A stretch of 53,054 bases of DNA from Rhodothermales bacterium (GCA_041589075.1 JBFHWK010000003.1:1-53054); one strand, 5' to 3'; shown: positions 1-10,769, counted from the stretch's first letter. Numbers and translations: made by a program. Notes: generated by a model not told the origin, from the letters alone.

Positions 1-357
1 TCATGAGGACGGAGGCTTCTTCGACTTGCCGGCGGCCTTCTTGCGGCTGCTGGCCTTGCGCTTACCGGTCTTGGCCTTGCCGGTCGAGGAACTCTTCGTC
101 TTTTTGGACTTTGTGCCGTCTTTCGACTGCGCACCCTGTTCCGACTTCGCTTTGCCCTTTTCGGCACCTCGCTGCGCCTGTTCGAAAAGGGTATTGAGTT
201 CCTCGGTCATCGTCTCGCTGGCTCGTTCGATGCCACGCGTCACTGTGCTGAAAACAGCCTCAACGAGGAAGGATGCCTGCTCGTCCAGCGACAGCTTGTC
301 GAAAGTGTCCCGGACCCTGCTATATTCTTTTGATCGCTGTTTTTCCTGCTCGGACAT
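1..357 (-). CDS. Hypothetical protein with a helical N-terminus and a Lys/Ser/Ala-rich (histone H1-like) tail
   Basis: ATG at 357 (MSEQEKQ...) to TGA at 1-3. The tail reads KTKSSSTGKAKTGKRKASSRKKAAGKSKK. The longer ORF-track start overlaps rsgA and is unlikely. Confidence 0.65.
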   Translation of the reverse strand: MSEQEKQRSKEYSRVRDTFDKLSLDEQASFLVEAVFSTVTRGIERASETMTEELNTLFEQAQRGAEKGKAKSEQGAQSKDGTKSKKTKSSSTGKAKTGKRKASSRKKAAGKSKKPPSS

Positions 358-481
358 TGCTGTAAAACCGTTACGTATCGAATTGAGTGTCCACCGTGGA
401 GAGTAGACGTAGACACCCGGGCCAGGTTTCACTGAACCGTGCCGCGGCCGGCACGACCGAAGAGGGTGACAGCGACGCACC

Positions 482-1438
482 ATGAAAGAAACTGCCAACG
501 CAGACGCAAAAGGCGTCGTCTACAAGTCAACCGGAAGCTGGTACAATGTCCGTACCGACGATGGCCTCGTGTCCTGCAAAGTTCGCGGAAAGTTTCGCCT
601 AACGCGGAAAGGTGAGACCAATCCCATCGCGGTAGGCGACGAGGTCACTGTCCGTCCACTCGACGACGGCACCGGACTGATCGTCGAAGTGCATCCGCGG
701 AGGAATCAGATCGTTCGTCGCGCGGCCGGCCGACGGGTCGGGCTGGAGCACGTCATGGTGGCGAACGTCGACTTCTGCTGGGTCGTCCAATCAACGTTGA
801 AACCGAAGCTCAATCCCGGTTTCGTGGACCGCTTCCTTGTTATGGCAGAGGCGTACGGAATACCTGTCGGGCTTATCGTCAACAAGTACGACCTCATCAA
901 CAACCGTATACGGGATGCTGTCGAATTCTGGTGCCGGCTATATGAGGGTGTCGGATATGAAGTGTTGCGGACAAGTGCGGTCAGCGGAGAGGGCGTTGAG
1001 GCGCTCCGCGTGCAACTCCCGGGACGTATCACCGTGCTCGCGGGGCCGTCCGGAGTGGGCAAGTCGTCACTGCTGAATGCCGTCGAGCCGGAACTCGAGC
1101 TGCGTACCGGTGAAGTAAGCGAGCGCACGCGCAAGGGTACGCACGTTACAACGAACGCCGCATTTCACGAACTGGCGAGCGGTGGGCTGGTCGTCGACAC
1201 TCCGGGAATACGTGAATTCGGCATCGTCGATATTCCGACCGAGGAACTGTCTCATTACTTCGTCGAGTTTGTGCCTTTCCTGGACGACTGTCACTTCCCG
1301 AACTGCGTCCATGATCACGAGCCCGACTGCGCAGTAATCGACGCGGTCGATCGCGGCGACATTAGTCAGGAACGGTGGGCCAGCTACCTCAGTATTCTCG
1401 AGTCGATTCGAGACGGTGAGAAAGACGTGGGACGCTAA
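482..1438 (+). CDS. rsgA: Ribosome small subunit-dependent GTPase A
   Basis: OB-fold N-terminus, circularly permuted GTPase motifs (NKYD, GPSGVGKSS, DTPGIREF) and C-terminal Zn site CHFPNCVHDHEPDC. Confidence 0.96.
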   Translation: MKETANADAKGVVYKSTGSWYNVRTDDGLVSCKVRGKFRLTRKGETNPIAVGDEVTVRPLDDGTGLIVEVHPRRNQIVRRAAGRRVGLEHVMVANVDFCWVVQSTLKPKLNPGFVDRFLVMAEAYGIPVGLIVNKYDLINNRIRDAVEFWCRLYEGVGYEVLRTSAVSGEGVEALRVQLPGRITVLAGPSGVGKSSLLNAVEPELELRTGEVSERTRKGTHVTTNAAFHELASGGLVVDTPGIREFGIVDIPTEELSHYFVEFVPFLDDCHFPNCVHDHEPDCAVIDAVDRGDISQERWASYLSILESIRDGEKDVGR

Positions 1439-1510
1439 CGTTGGCCTCGCACGACAGAGCCGGCATTAACCATCTTTTTGACTGGTGGCATTCGATCGCT
1501 TCCTGGCCAC

Positions 1511-4153
1511 CTACTTTCTGGACGTCTTCTTTGCCGTCGCCTTCTTCTTCGTCGCCTTCTTCTTTGCCGTCGCCTTCTTCTTCGTCGCCTTCTTCTTCGC
1601 CTTGCCCTTGGCCTTCCTCGACTGCTTCTCCTCAATGAGTGTGACAGCAGCCTCGAGGGTAATATCGTCCGTGCTGATTCCTTCCGGAAGCGACGCGTTG
1701 GTTCGCTTGTGTCTGACGTACGGTCCGAAACGGCCGTCGAACACCTCCACAGGCTCGCCTGTCTCCGGATGTTCCCCCAACGACCGGAGCGGTTTGTTCT
1801 TTCCTTCCTTGGCCGCTAGTAATTCGAGAGCGCGGGGCAACGCCACCGTGAGCACGTCGTCTTCCCGCTTCAGCGATGCATACGTCTTACCGTGCTGCAC
1901 GTAGGGTCCGTACCTGCCGATGTCTGTGACGATCGGGTGTCCGGATTCGGGGTGCTTGCCCAGCTCACGGGGCAGCGCTAGTAGTTGCAACGCTTTCGTC
2001 AAATCGATCCTTTCCGATTCCATATTGCGGGGAACGGACTTGCGGGGTGGTTTTCCGTCCGCCTCCTCACCGCCGAGCTGCACGTACCAGCCGTACGGGC
2101 CCTGCTTCAGGAAGACGGGCAATCCAGTGGACGGGTCTTGTCCGAGCGGCTTATCGGACTTCTGCGAGGCCTCTATGAGTTCGTCCAGCAGCTGCCGCGT
2201 AACATCGCCCGGCGCCAGATCGGCCGGAAGCGAGGCCACCTTGCGCTCACCGTCGACTTCATGTTCGACATAGGGCCCGTAGCGACCTACGCGCACCTCA
2301 TAGGGGGACCACTTCGGAAAAGATATCGTCGATACCGCGCGGGCATCGACCTCGTCGAGGCCCGCTTCGACCCGCTGCTGCAAGCCCTCATCGCCGGCAT
2401 AAAACGATCGAAGATAGGGCTTCGATTTCGTGTCACCCGTGGCGATCTGATCGAGGACGCGTTCCATTTCCGCGGTGAAACCGACGTCGACCAGATTCTC
2501 AAACTGGTCTTCGAGCAGACTGTTTGTTGCGAACGCCGTGAACGTCGGCACAAGCTGTGATCGCTGGCGCCTTACGTAGCCGCGATTAACGATCGTGTCC
2601 ATGATCGTCGCATAGGTACTGGGCCTGCCGATCCCTTCACTTTCGAGGACTTTTATCAGGGATGCCTCGGTGTATCGTGCCGGCGGCTTGGTTTCGTGAC
2701 CGGTTGCCTCAAGCTCGAGGCACTTAAGTTCGTCACCTGCCTTCACGGAGGGCAGCGGCTGCTCCTGATCGTCGAGCGCTGCGTCGGGGTCGTCAGAGCC
2801 CTCGACGTACGCCCTGAAGAATCCGGGAAACTCGATATGCTTACCGGTTGCGCGGAATCGCACTTCCCGGTCACCATCCGAGACGGCCACGTGAACGGTC
2901 GTAAACAGCAAACGTGCGTCTGCCATCTGCGTCGCAACCGTACGCTTCCAGATCAGATCGTATACCGAGCGCTCCCGACCCTTAAGTCCGTGTTCCGCCG
3001 CGGTAAGCATGGCGCGCCCTGCCGGCCGGATGGCTTCGTGCGCCTCCTGGGCATTCGCGACCGTACTTGCATACGTCCGCACACGCTCACTCAGGTACTC
3101 TGCACCATATCGGCTGCGAACGGCGGCCCGACTCGCATCCAGCGCTTCCTGTGACAGCGTGGTCGAATCGGTTCTCATGTAGGTAATGTATCCCTCCTCG
3201 TACAGCCGCTGCGCCACCTGCATCGTTTGGCGCGCAGACAGACCGAGTTTGCGACTACACTCCTGTTGTAACGTCGATGTGATGAACGGAGGCGCCGGCG
3301 ATCGTGTAGCTCGTCGCTCTTCCACATCGCTGACAGCCCACGCGTTCGACGGAAGAGCGTCCGCCATACGCCTCGCTTCCTCTTCAGAAACGACGACGAC
3401 GTCTTTTCCGTCAACGAAATCGGAACGCAGTCGCCCCGTCTGATCGTCGAAGTCTCGACCGATCGCAACACGCACCCCCTCAATCTGTGTCAGCGTCGCC
3501 TCGAACGACGACCCGTTCGGGGCAAGCGATGCCTTCAGACTCCAGTAGGATGCCGGCACAAACGCAATTCGTTCCTTCTCCCGAAGAACGATTAGCCGAA
3601 CAGCAACACTCTGCACCCGTCCGGCCGACAAGCGCGGCGCTATCTTCTTCCACAGAAGAGGCGAAATAGAGTAGCCGACGAGCCGATCCAGAATGCGACG
3701 CGTTTCTTGCGCGTCGACAAGATCGAAATTGATATCGCGGGTGTGCTCGAGTGCTTCCTCGATGGCCTCCTTGGTTATCTCATGAAAGACCATTCGTCGC
3801 ACGGGCACCTTGGGATTCAGTACGCTGACCAGATGCCACCCAATCGACTCACCCTCGCGGTCTTCGTCCGTCGCAATAAAAAGTTCGGACGAGCCTTTCA
3901 GCGATTTCTTGAGATGCTGTACGACCTTCTTCTTGTCGGAAGAAACCACGTAGAGCGGCTCGAAGTCGTCGTCCACGTTGATGCCAAGGCGGGACCAGGG
4001 CTCCTTCTTGACCGCCGCCGGAATCTGCGACGCCGACGCGGGCAAATCGCGGATATGTCCCATGCTTGCCTCGACCTGGTACTCGGCCGACGGCAGATAA
4101 TTCTTGATCGTCCGTGCCTTGGTCGGAGACTCTACGACGACGAGTTTTTTCAT
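1511..4153 (-). CDS. topA: DNA topoisomerase I (type IA) with Topo-C repeats and a Lys-rich tail
   Basis: VVVESPTKA, ATDEDREGE, SAGRVQS and catalytic GYITYMRTDS; repeated G(R/P)(Y/F)G(P/W)Y units; KKKAT repeats at the C-terminus. Confidence 0.97.
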   Translation of the reverse strand: MKKLVVVESPTKARTIKNYLPSAEYQVEASMGHIRDLPASASQIPAAVKKEPWSRLGINVDDDFEPLYVVSSDKKKVVQHLKKSLKGSSELFIATDEDREGESIGWHLVSVLNPKVPVRRMVFHEITKEAIEEALEHTRDINFDLVDAQETRRILDRLVGYSISPLLWKKIAPRLSAGRVQSVAVRLIVLREKERIAFVPASYWSLKASLAPNGSSFEATLTQIEGVRVAIGRDFDDQTGRLRSDFVDGKDVVVVSEEEARRMADALPSNAWAVSDVEERRATRSPAPPFITSTLQQECSRKLGLSARQTMQVAQRLYEEGYITYMRTDSTTLSQEALDASRAAVRSRYGAEYLSERVRTYASTVANAQEAHEAIRPAGRAMLTAAEHGLKGRERSVYDLIWKRTVATQMADARLLFTTVHVAVSDGDREVRFRATGKHIEFPGFFRAYVEGSDDPDAALDDQEQPLPSVKAGDELKCLELEATGHETKPPARYTEASLIKVLESEGIGRPSTYATIMDTIVNRGYVRRQRSQLVPTFTAFATNSLLEDQFENLVDVGFTAEMERVLDQIATGDTKSKPYLRSFYAGDEGLQQRVEAGLDEVDARAVSTISFPKWSPYEVRVGRYGPYVEHEVDGERKVASLPADLAPGDVTRQLLDELIEASQKSDKPLGQDPSTGLPVFLKQGPYGWYVQLGGEEADGKPPRKSVPRNMESERIDLTKALQLLALPRELGKHPESGHPIVTDIGRYGPYVQHGKTYASLKREDDVLTVALPRALELLAAKEGKNKPLRSLGEHPETGEPVEVFDGRFGPYVRHKRTNASLPEGISTDDITLEAAVTLIEEKQSRKAKGKAKKKATKKKATAKKKATKKKATAKKTSRK
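1525..1597. repeat. Perfect 33-bp tandem repeat (about 2.2 copies) encoding the TopA Lys-rich tail
   Basis: tcttctttgccgtcgccttcttcttcgtcgcct occurs at 1525-1557 and 1558-1590, with a partial third copy. Confidence 0.9.
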
Positions 4154-4325
4154 TCGGAATCAGATGATATTAGCGCGGCTCAGTGCCGGGAAGCGCACAC
4201 GGCCGATTTTTGACCCCCTCTCACGCGACTTGGGCCGGTACGTTCCGGACGCGCAGCAACGACCGACTGTGTCGAAGACCGTCAAATCGAGCCAAAAGTC
4301 AATGAAAACAACGAGTACTCACCAT

Positions 4326-4352
4326 ATATCGGCCAGCGATTCACGAATTTAT
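4326..4352 (-). promoter_or_regulatory. Possible sigma28-like promoter facing topA
   Basis: The minus strand reads ATAA-N15-GCCGATAT, about 170 nt upstream of the topA start. Confidence 0.35.
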
Positions 4353-4450
4353 GTTCTTGGACTCCGCTCAGGCGCCGGATCATCATCAATGGCGTTGCGC
4401 CCTCAGTATCGCCATCACCCTAATCTACCCCGATCAACGTCAGCAGCATT

Positions 4451-7120
4451 ATGGCAGCGATATCAGAGAAGCTAGTCTATAAATTTGGCAACGGCACTGC
4501 CGAAGGCGGGAAGGAGATGCGTGCGCTCCTCGGCGGCAAGGGTGCGAACCTCGCCGAAATGAGCGCAACCGGCCTGCCGGTTCCGCCGGGATTTACCATC
4601 AGCACGGAGAGCTGCCGCTATTTTGATGAGCACGAAGGCTCTTGGCCGGAAGGTTTGAAGGAAGCCGTTGCCGAAGGCATCGCACATCTCGAGCAGGCGC
4701 TCGGCTTCGGATTCGGCGATCAAAACAACCCCCTCCTGGTCTCGGTGCGAAGCGGTGCCGCGGTATCGATGCCGGGCATGATGGACACCGTGCTGAACCT
4801 CGGCATCAACGACGACGTCGCCCGCGGACTGGCGCAGCGTTCAGGAAACGAACGCTTCGCGTATGACGCGTACCGGCGGTTTATCGACATGTTTGGGGAC
4901 GTGGTCATGGGCGTCGATCATGCCCATTTTGAAGAATCACTCGAAAGCCTCAAGGCGGAGGCCGGTGTCGAAAGCGACGTGGACCTGAATGGCGAACAAC
5001 TGAAGTCGCTCGTCGAACGGTACAAGGCTATCTACCGGAGACACACAGGATTTATGTTTCCCACAGACCCGTGGGAGCAACTGCACCTTTCGATCAACGC
5101 CGTTTTCAATTCCTGGAATTCTGATCGCGCGATCAAGTATCGCAGAATCAACCAGATCACGGGCCTGATCGGTACGGCCGTAAACGTCCAGGCGATGGTC
5201 TTCGGGGACATGGGCGAAACCAGCGGTACCGGTGTTTGCTTTACGCGCGACCCCTCAACCGGCGAACGCATTCTGTACGGCGAGTATCTGATTGACGCGC
5301 AAGGTGAAGACGTCGTCGCCGGGATCCGGACGCCCGAGGATATCAGCAGGCTCAAGGATCACCTTCCCGACGCGTACGCTGAACTCGTGCACTGGACGCA
5401 CGAGCTCGAGGTACACTACCAGAACATGCAGGATATCGAGTTTACGATTCAGGAAGGCACGTTATATATCTTGCAGACGCGGAGCGGAAAGCGTACGGGT
5501 ACGGCTGCGGTCAAGATTGCCGTCGACATGGTCGAAGAAGGTCTTGTCGATCCGCGGACGGCCGTCGAGAAGCTCGTCGAGCCCCGACATCTCGATCAAT
5601 TGATGCATCCGCGCTTCAAGGATCGGAAGTCTTTCCAGGACAAGGTCATCGGGAAGGGGCTGCCTGCGTCGCCGGGAGCGGCCGTCGGTGAGGCCGTATT
5701 CAGTGCGGACGATGCGGAGACGGCGAAAGAAGAAGGGCGACAAGTGATCCTGGTTCGGATCGAAACAAGTCCCGAGGATGTCGGGGGGATGCACGCGGCC
5801 GAGGGAATCGTCACATCGCGCGGCGGCATGACAAGCCATGCGGCCGTCGTGGCACGCGGTTGGGGAAAGCCGTGCGTGGCGGGCTGCGGCGATATCGTCG
5901 TGAACTACGACACGAAGGAATTCACCGACGGCCGGGTCACGGTAAAGGAAGGCGACTGGATCTCGATCGATGGATCAACAGGGCAGATCATTCTAGGCAA
6001 GCAGGAGCTGATGCAGCCGGAAGTAGGCGGCAACTTCGAGAAGTTCATGTCCTGGGTTGGAGAGTTTCAGACACTTAATGTCCGAACGAACGCGGACACG
6101 CCAGCCGATGCGGCCCGTGCGCGGTCTTTGGGTGCAGTCGGCATCGGCCTGTGTAGGACCGAGCACATGTTCTTCGAGGGTGATCGAATCACGCGAATGC
6201 GCGAGATGATCATGGCCTCCAACGAAGAAGAACGCCGCGGTGCACTGGCAAAGCTGCTGCCTTACCAGAAGGCCGACTTCATAGGCATCTTCAAGGCGAT
6301 GGACGGCTTCCCGGTAACAATCCGTCTTCTGGACCCGCCCCTGCACGAATTCCTTCCACATGAGGACGAGGAGCAGGCAGAGTTGGCTAAGGAATTCGGT
6401 ATCTCAGCGGCAGAGGTTAAAGCCAAGGTCGAGGCGCTCGCGGAACTGAATCCAATGCTCGGTCATCGCGGCTGTCGGCTGGGCGTAACGTACCCGGAGA
6501 TTACGGAGATGCAGACGCGGGCGATCATCGAGGCGGCCGTCGAGCTGGCCGGCCAAGGCGTCGAAGTGTTGCCGGAAATAATGGTCCCGCTGATCGGGAC
6601 GCTGGAAGAGTTCGAAAACCAGGCGCGCGTGATTCGCAGCACGGCCGAAAAGGTGTTCGAGGAAACGGGACGCCGCGTCGACTACCTCGTCGGTACCATG
6701 ATTGAGATTCCGCGCGCTGCTCTAACGGCTGACCGGATCGCCAAGGAAGCCGAATTCTTCTCCTTTGGCACGAACGATCTGACGCAGATGACCTTCGGAT
6801 ACAGCCGTGACGATGCTGGAAAGTTCTTACCGTATTACGTCGAGAACAAGATTCTGTCGGGTGACCCTTTCCAGACGATCGATTTCGAAGGCGTAGGGAA
6901 GCTCGTGCAGATGGGTACCGAGTTGGGTCGATCCGTCAAGCCGGACCTGAAGGTTGGCATCTGTGGTGAACACGGTGGAGATCCGGCTTCGGTCGGTTTC
7001 TGCTACCGGATTGGGATGGACTACGTTTCGTGCTCACCGTTCCGCGTGCCGATCGCGCGGTTGGCAGCCGCACAGGCGAATCTGAAGGAGCAGGAAGAGG
7101 CGGCAACCGTAGCGGCTTAG
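4451..7120 (+). CDS. ppdK: Pyruvate, phosphate dikinase
   Basis: [21 protein letters not shown], phospho-His motif [42 protein letters not shown]; 889 aa. Confidence 0.98.
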   Translation: MAAISEKLVYKFGNGTAEGGKEMRALLGGKGANLAEMSATGLPVPPGFTISTESCRYFDEHEGSWPEGLKEAVAEGIAHLEQALGFGFGDQNNPLLVSVRSGAAVSMPGMMDTVLNLGINDDVARGLAQRSGNERFAYDAYRRFIDMFGDVVMGVDHAHFEESLESLKAEAGVESDVDLNGEQLKSLVERYKAIYRRHTGFMFPTDPWEQLHLSINAVFNSWNSDRAIKYRRINQITGLIGTAVNVQAMVFGDMGETSGTGVCFTRDPSTGERILYGEYLIDAQGEDVVAGIRTPEDISRLKDHLPDAYAELVHWTHELEVHYQNMQDIEFTIQEGTLYILQTRSGKRTGTAAVKIAVDMVEEGLVDPRTAVEKLVEPRHLDQLMHPRFKDRKSFQDKVIGKGLPASPGAAVGEAVFSADDAETAKEEGRQVILVRIETSPEDVGGMHAAEGIVTSRGGMTSHAAVVARGWGKPCVAGCGDIVVNYDTKEFTDGRVTVKEGDWISIDGSTGQIILGKQELMQPEVGGNFEKFMSWVGEFQTLNVRTNADTPADAARARSLGAVGIGLCRTEHMFFEGDRITRMREMIMASNEEERRGALAKLLPYQKADFIGIFKAMDGFPVTIRLLDPPLHEFLPHEDEEQAELAKEFGISAAEVKAKVEALAELNPMLGHRGCRLGVTYPEITEMQTRAIIEAAVELAGQGVEVLPEIMVPLIGTLEEFENQARVIRSTAEKVFEETGRRVDYLVGTMIEIPRAALTADRIAKEAEFFSFGTNDLTQMTFGYSRDDAGKFLPYYVENKILSGDPFQTIDFEGVGKLVQMGTELGRSVKPDLKVGICGEHGGDPASVGFCYRIGMDYVSCSPFRVPIARLAAAQANLKEQEEAATVAA

Positions 7121-7196
7121 AAGCCTCTACGAAATCTGCGTGGCACTAGGCTGAGCTGCCGACGCCGGCCGCGCCACATTCCCGGCACCGCGTCCA

Positions 7197-7514
7197 TTAG
7201 CGGGTCCTCTCACGCCCCGCTTCGCGGCCGCCTGAGGCGTATTCGTCTTCGTCCGGAACGGACAGACGGGGCGCGCTGGCTGATGCCACCGGCTCATCGA
7301 CGACGATCGCCTCAAGATTCTCGATGCGCTTCTCCAGGCGCTTGACCGACTTGGCCACGGACTCGTCTATAAGCGCGGTCAGTTCTGAGGTTGTCAGGCT
7401 CTGGTCGGGCTTGGCGCTGTGCCCGACTCTCTTGGATCGGAGATAGTCCAGCACGAGATACAACGCTCCCAGCGCCGAACCGAACACGATAACGACGACC
7501 AGCAATTCTTCCAT
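7197..7514 (-). CDS. Small membrane protein with a coiled coil (PspB-like)
   Basis: N-terminal hydrophobic helix, then a LEKRIENLEAIV coiled-coil motif reminiscent of PspB. Confidence 0.6.
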   Translation of the reverse strand: MEELLVVVIVFGSALGALYLVLDYLRSKRVGHSAKPDQSLTTSELTALIDESVAKSVKRLEKRIENLEAIVVDEPVASASAPRLSVPDEDEYASGGREAGRERTR

Positions 7515-7588
7515 ACTCTTTGCCTGTGTGCGTTTGGGTCTCTACGCGGAGCGCCGCTCGTTGTTACCAGTGTTGCTGAACGTCGGCG

Positions 7589-8845
7589 TCAGGCGCCGCT
7601 CTCCTGCCCGGCCATCTTCCGGGGCGCCTCCGCAGGTTCTGCCGCGTTGCCCAGCGGTACAAAGGACTGGATACCTGTAATCTCTCTGCCCAGAATGAGC
7701 CCATGGATATCATAGGTCCCTTCGTAGGTGTTGACACTCTCCAGATTAACCATGTGATGAACGACACGATATTCGCCCGTAATACCATTACCCCCAAGCA
7801 TGTCGCGTGCCGTCCGGGCGATCTCAAGCGCCCTCCCGCAATTGTTACGCTTTGCTAATGAAACCATAGACGGCACCGCGCGACCTTGGTCCATAAGGTT
7901 ACCCAGCCGCCACGACAGTAACTGCATCTGGGTGATATCGGTGATCATGTTAGCGAGCTTTGTCTGGATAAGCTGCATAGACGCCAGCGGATGCCCGAAC
8001 TGGCTCCTTTCCGACACATACGTGCGCGCTCGCTGATAGCAGTCTTCCGCCGCTCCAAGCGCTCCCCAGACGATCCCGTATCGGGCGCTGTTCAAACATG
8101 CGAACGGTCCTCGTAGACCCCGCACGTCCGAAAACACGTGCGTGTCCGGCACGAAGCAATCCTCCATCACGATCTCTCCCGTGATCGATGCGCGCAGCGA
8201 CATCTTGTTGTGCGTCTTGGGCGCCGACCAGCCGGGCATGTCCTTTTCGAGGACGAACCCCCGAATCACGCCGTCGTCCGCAGTACCCCGCTCCTTGGCC
8301 CAGACTACGGCAACGTCCGCGACCGGCGAGTTCGTGATCCACATCTTAGCACCGTTAAGCACCCAGCCTCCGTCTACGCGGCTTGCTGTCGAAGTCATCG
8401 AACCGGGATCCGAGCCGTGGTCCGGCTCCGTGAGACCGAAGCAGCCGATGAGTTCGCCCGTGGCCAGGCGCGGCAGAAGCCGCTGTTTCAATTCCTCCGA
8501 TCCGAATCTGTGTATGGGATACATCACCAACGACGACTGGACCGAACAAAACGAGCGGTACGCAGAGTCCACGCGCTCAAGCTCGCGCGCGATGAGTCCG
8601 TAGGCGGTGTAACTCACGCCGGAGCCTCCATACTCTGGCGGAATCGTTGCACCGAGTAATCCAAGCTCGCCCAGCTCTGCGGGAATCTCCGGATGAAAGA
8701 CTTCGTCCTGGTTGCCTTCTAATGCGCGCGGCTCAAGTCGCGTCTGAGCATACTCGCGCGCCGACTCCATGATCAGCCGATCTTCCTCAGGGAGCATCTC
8801 CTCAAAGAGAAACGCGTCGTCTTTGTTGAATACGGTCTTGGGCAT
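7589..8845 (-). CDS. gcdH: Acyl-CoA dehydrogenase, glutaryl-CoA dehydrogenase type
   Basis: YGLIARELERVDS, GCFGLTEPDHGSDP, LNGAKMWITNSP, GPFACLNSARYGI, NLESVNTYEGT. Start chosen at the ATG of MPKTVF (alternative 8857). Confidence 0.88.
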   Translation of the reverse strand: MPKTVFNKDDAFLFEEMLPEEDRLIMESAREYAQTRLEPRALEGNQDEVFHPEIPAELGELGLLGATIPPEYGGSGVSYTAYGLIARELERVDSAYRSFCSVQSSLVMYPIHRFGSEELKQRLLPRLATGELIGCFGLTEPDHGSDPGSMTSTASRVDGGWVLNGAKMWITNSPVADVAVVWAKERGTADDGVIRGFVLEKDMPGWSAPKTHNKMSLRASITGEIVMEDCFVPDTHVFSDVRGLRGPFACLNSARYGIVWGALGAAEDCYQRARTYVSERSQFGHPLASMQLIQTKLANMITDITQMQLLSWRLGNLMDQGRAVPSMVSLAKRNNCGRALEIARTARDMLGGNGITGEYRVVHHMVNLESVNTYEGTYDIHGLILGREITGIQSFVPLGNAAEPAEAPRKMAGQESGA

Positions 8846-8860
8846 TTTCTGATACACTCG

Positions 8861-9130
8861 TTAGGCCTTCTTAACCAGGCGGGGGCTGTCTCGGAACAAC
8901 TCGATGCGTGAACAACGCTCACATTCCAGAGCATAGATCGAGCGCTTTTCCTTTGTCTTGCCTGTTTCCGCCTTCCACGTAATGTCCACTACTCCTTTCC
9001 TGAATTCGTCACCACCGCACAGGCTGCAACGTAAGACGTTCGTACCCGAAACGAACAATCCGCTGTCCACCTGTGATGCTTCCGCACTGATGCTGGCTGC
9101 TTTCTTGAGTCGATCCAAAAGGTCGTTCAT
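8861..9130 (-). CDS. Small Zn-ribbon hypothetical protein
   Basis: 89 aa from the ATG at 9130, with CSLCGG...CERC. It fills the gap between fixX and gcdH. Confidence 0.65.
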   Translation of the reverse strand: MNDLLDRLKKAASISAEASQVDSGLFVSGTNVLRCSLCGGDEFRKGVVDITWKAETGKTKEKRSIYALECERCSRIELFRDSPRLVKKA

Positions 9131-9134
9131 ACAT

Positions 9135-9437
9135 TCACCCGAGGTTCCAGTTAACTCCGCGGCCCTGCTCCGGGTCCGGGTACCTCCACACGACCGCACC
9201 CTGATCGCACGCATATAAGCAGGTGCCGCACTCGATACAATCTTCGAACTGAAATTGCACCGTACCCGCTTCGCTGAGCGTGTAGCAGTTGGCGGGACAG
9301 ACGTATGTGGTGCACTTGTGCGGACACGTGCCGTTACAGATGGACGTGTCGACCTCGATGTGCGCACGCACATCGGCCCGCCCCTGATTGCGGTAGGCCA
9401 CCTTACCAAGACGCTCTGAAATCGAAAGTCGTTTCAT
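9135..9437 (-). CDS. fixX: FixX-type ferredoxin
   Basis: C..C...VCPANCY, CIECGTC and WRYP..GRGV motifs; lies directly downstream of fixC. Confidence 0.88.
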   Translation of the reverse strand: MKRLSISERLGKVAYRNQGRADVRAHIEVDTSICNGTCPHKCTTYVCPANCYTLSEAGTVQFQFEDCIECGTCLYACDQGAVVWRYPDPEQGRGVNWNLG

Positions 9438-9446
9438 AGGCCTCAC

Positions 9447-10769
9447 CTACAGGGACCGGGCTGCACGCACGCCCAGCTTCACAAGCTCCCAGAGTCCCAC
9501 GTGCTTCTTCGCGGCCCGGCGAAACGAGGCGGTTGCTTTGGGGGTCGGCTCACTGCGCACCGTAAAGAAGTCGCGCCCGAAATCACACAGGACACGAGGC
9601 ATTTTCGAGTACATAGTCGGGCTGTGCAAGACGTGGACGGCATCCTGAAACCGTCGCATATCCTGCATGACGAAGCTCTCATCCAGGCGTTGCTGATAGC
9701 CGCTCAGGTTGCTCGCGCCGAAATCGCCTCCCGAAGCTGCTGCAACTACCGTTTCAGCCGCAAGTATCCCGGATCTCATGGCGTAGTCCATACCCTGGAT
9801 CGCTCGACCGGCATTCAGCAGAAGATGAGCGGCCTCGCCGGCAATCAACAGTCCATCACCGTAGAGCCGCTCCGGAACGGCTGCCACGTCGCCGGTCGAC
9901 ACTACGTGCGCCGAATACTCGAGGACGTCACCGCCGCGGATCATGTCGGCCACGTACGCATGCTCCTTGAAGTCGCTCAGAACATCGTACGGCTTCAGTC
10001 CTTTGTCACGTAGATCGGACATTCCGAGCACGAGGCCAACCGATAACGAATCGCGATTGGTGTATACGAAACCTCCTCCCTCAACCCCGCGGGTGGCGTA
10101 GCCCACGATTTCGTTTGTAAAGCCGCTGTCCCCGGATAGCTGAAAGCGATCTTCCAAGACCACTCGGTCCAGCCGTATGACTTCCTTGACACCTACGGCG
10201 ACGTGATCAGCCGGTACGTATTCCGGCTCGATGCCGGCCTGTCTAGTGAGCAGGTTGTTGACACCTTCGCATACCAGAACACAATCGGCAAAGAACTGCT
10301 CGTCACCGGCCTGAATACCGATTGTTCGCCCGTCCTCTACTAGCAGCCGGTCAACGAGAACATTCGTTGCAAGAAACGATTCATCAGCTGCTGCCGAGAC
10401 GTCAATGGCTTCCTGCACTCGGGCTGCGAGCCATTCGTCGAAGCGGGCTCGGAGAACGATGACACCCGAGTATGGCGGTGTTCGATAGTGGTCCGATTTG
10501 AAATCAACGCTGAAGGCCGCACCGCCATCCATGAACGTCAGGCGTCGATGAGACACGAAGCGCTCGAAGCCGTGATCCCGTTGCCAGTAGTCCGGAACGA
10601 GGCGTTGCAAATCGGAACCCCACAACACGCCACCCGACACATTCTTCGCGCCACAGAATTCGCCCCGTTCGATCAACAGGAAGCGGCGGTCTGCGCGGGC
10701 GAGTGTCATGGCCGCGCTTAGCCCGGCGATGCCGCCACCTACGATGATGCAGTCGAACTTTTCTTCCAT
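9447..10769 (-). CDS. fixC: FixC-type FAD-dependent ETF:quinone oxidoreductase
   Basis: IIVGGGIAG, ERGEFCGAKNVSGG, GVKEVI, GGGFVYTNRDSLSVG, GMDYAMRSG. Confidence 0.88.
   Translation of the reverse strand: MEEKFDCIIVGGGIAGLSAAMTLARADRRFLLIERGEFCGAKNVSGGVLWGSDLQRLVPDYWQRDHGFERFVSHRRLTFMDGGAAFSVDFKSDHYRTPPYSGVIVLRARFDEWLAARVQEAIDVSAAADESFLATNVLVDRLLVEDGRTIGIQAGDEQFFADCVLVCEGVNNLLTRQAGIEPEYVPADHVAVGVKEVIRLDRVVLEDRFQLSGDSGFTNEIVGYATRGVEGGGFVYTNRDSLSVGLVLGMSDLRDKGLKPYDVLSDFKEHAYVADMIRGGDVLEYSAHVVSTGDVAAVPERLYGDGLLIAGEAAHLLLNAGRAIQGMDYAMRSGILAAETVVAAASGGDFGASNLSGYQQRLDESFVMQDMRRFQDAVHVLHSPTMYSKMPRVLCDFGRDFFTVRSEPTPKATASFRRAAKKHVGLWELVKLGVRAARSL

Noticed and set aside
1525-1597. 33-bp repeat as a possible CRISPR array
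   Set aside because: The copies are directly adjacent with no spacers, they lie in coding sequence, and there are no cas genes.
1435-1904. Short poly-Arg, poly-Ser and poly-Phe ORFs
   Set aside because: These are alternative-frame readings of the TopA Lys-repeat tail.
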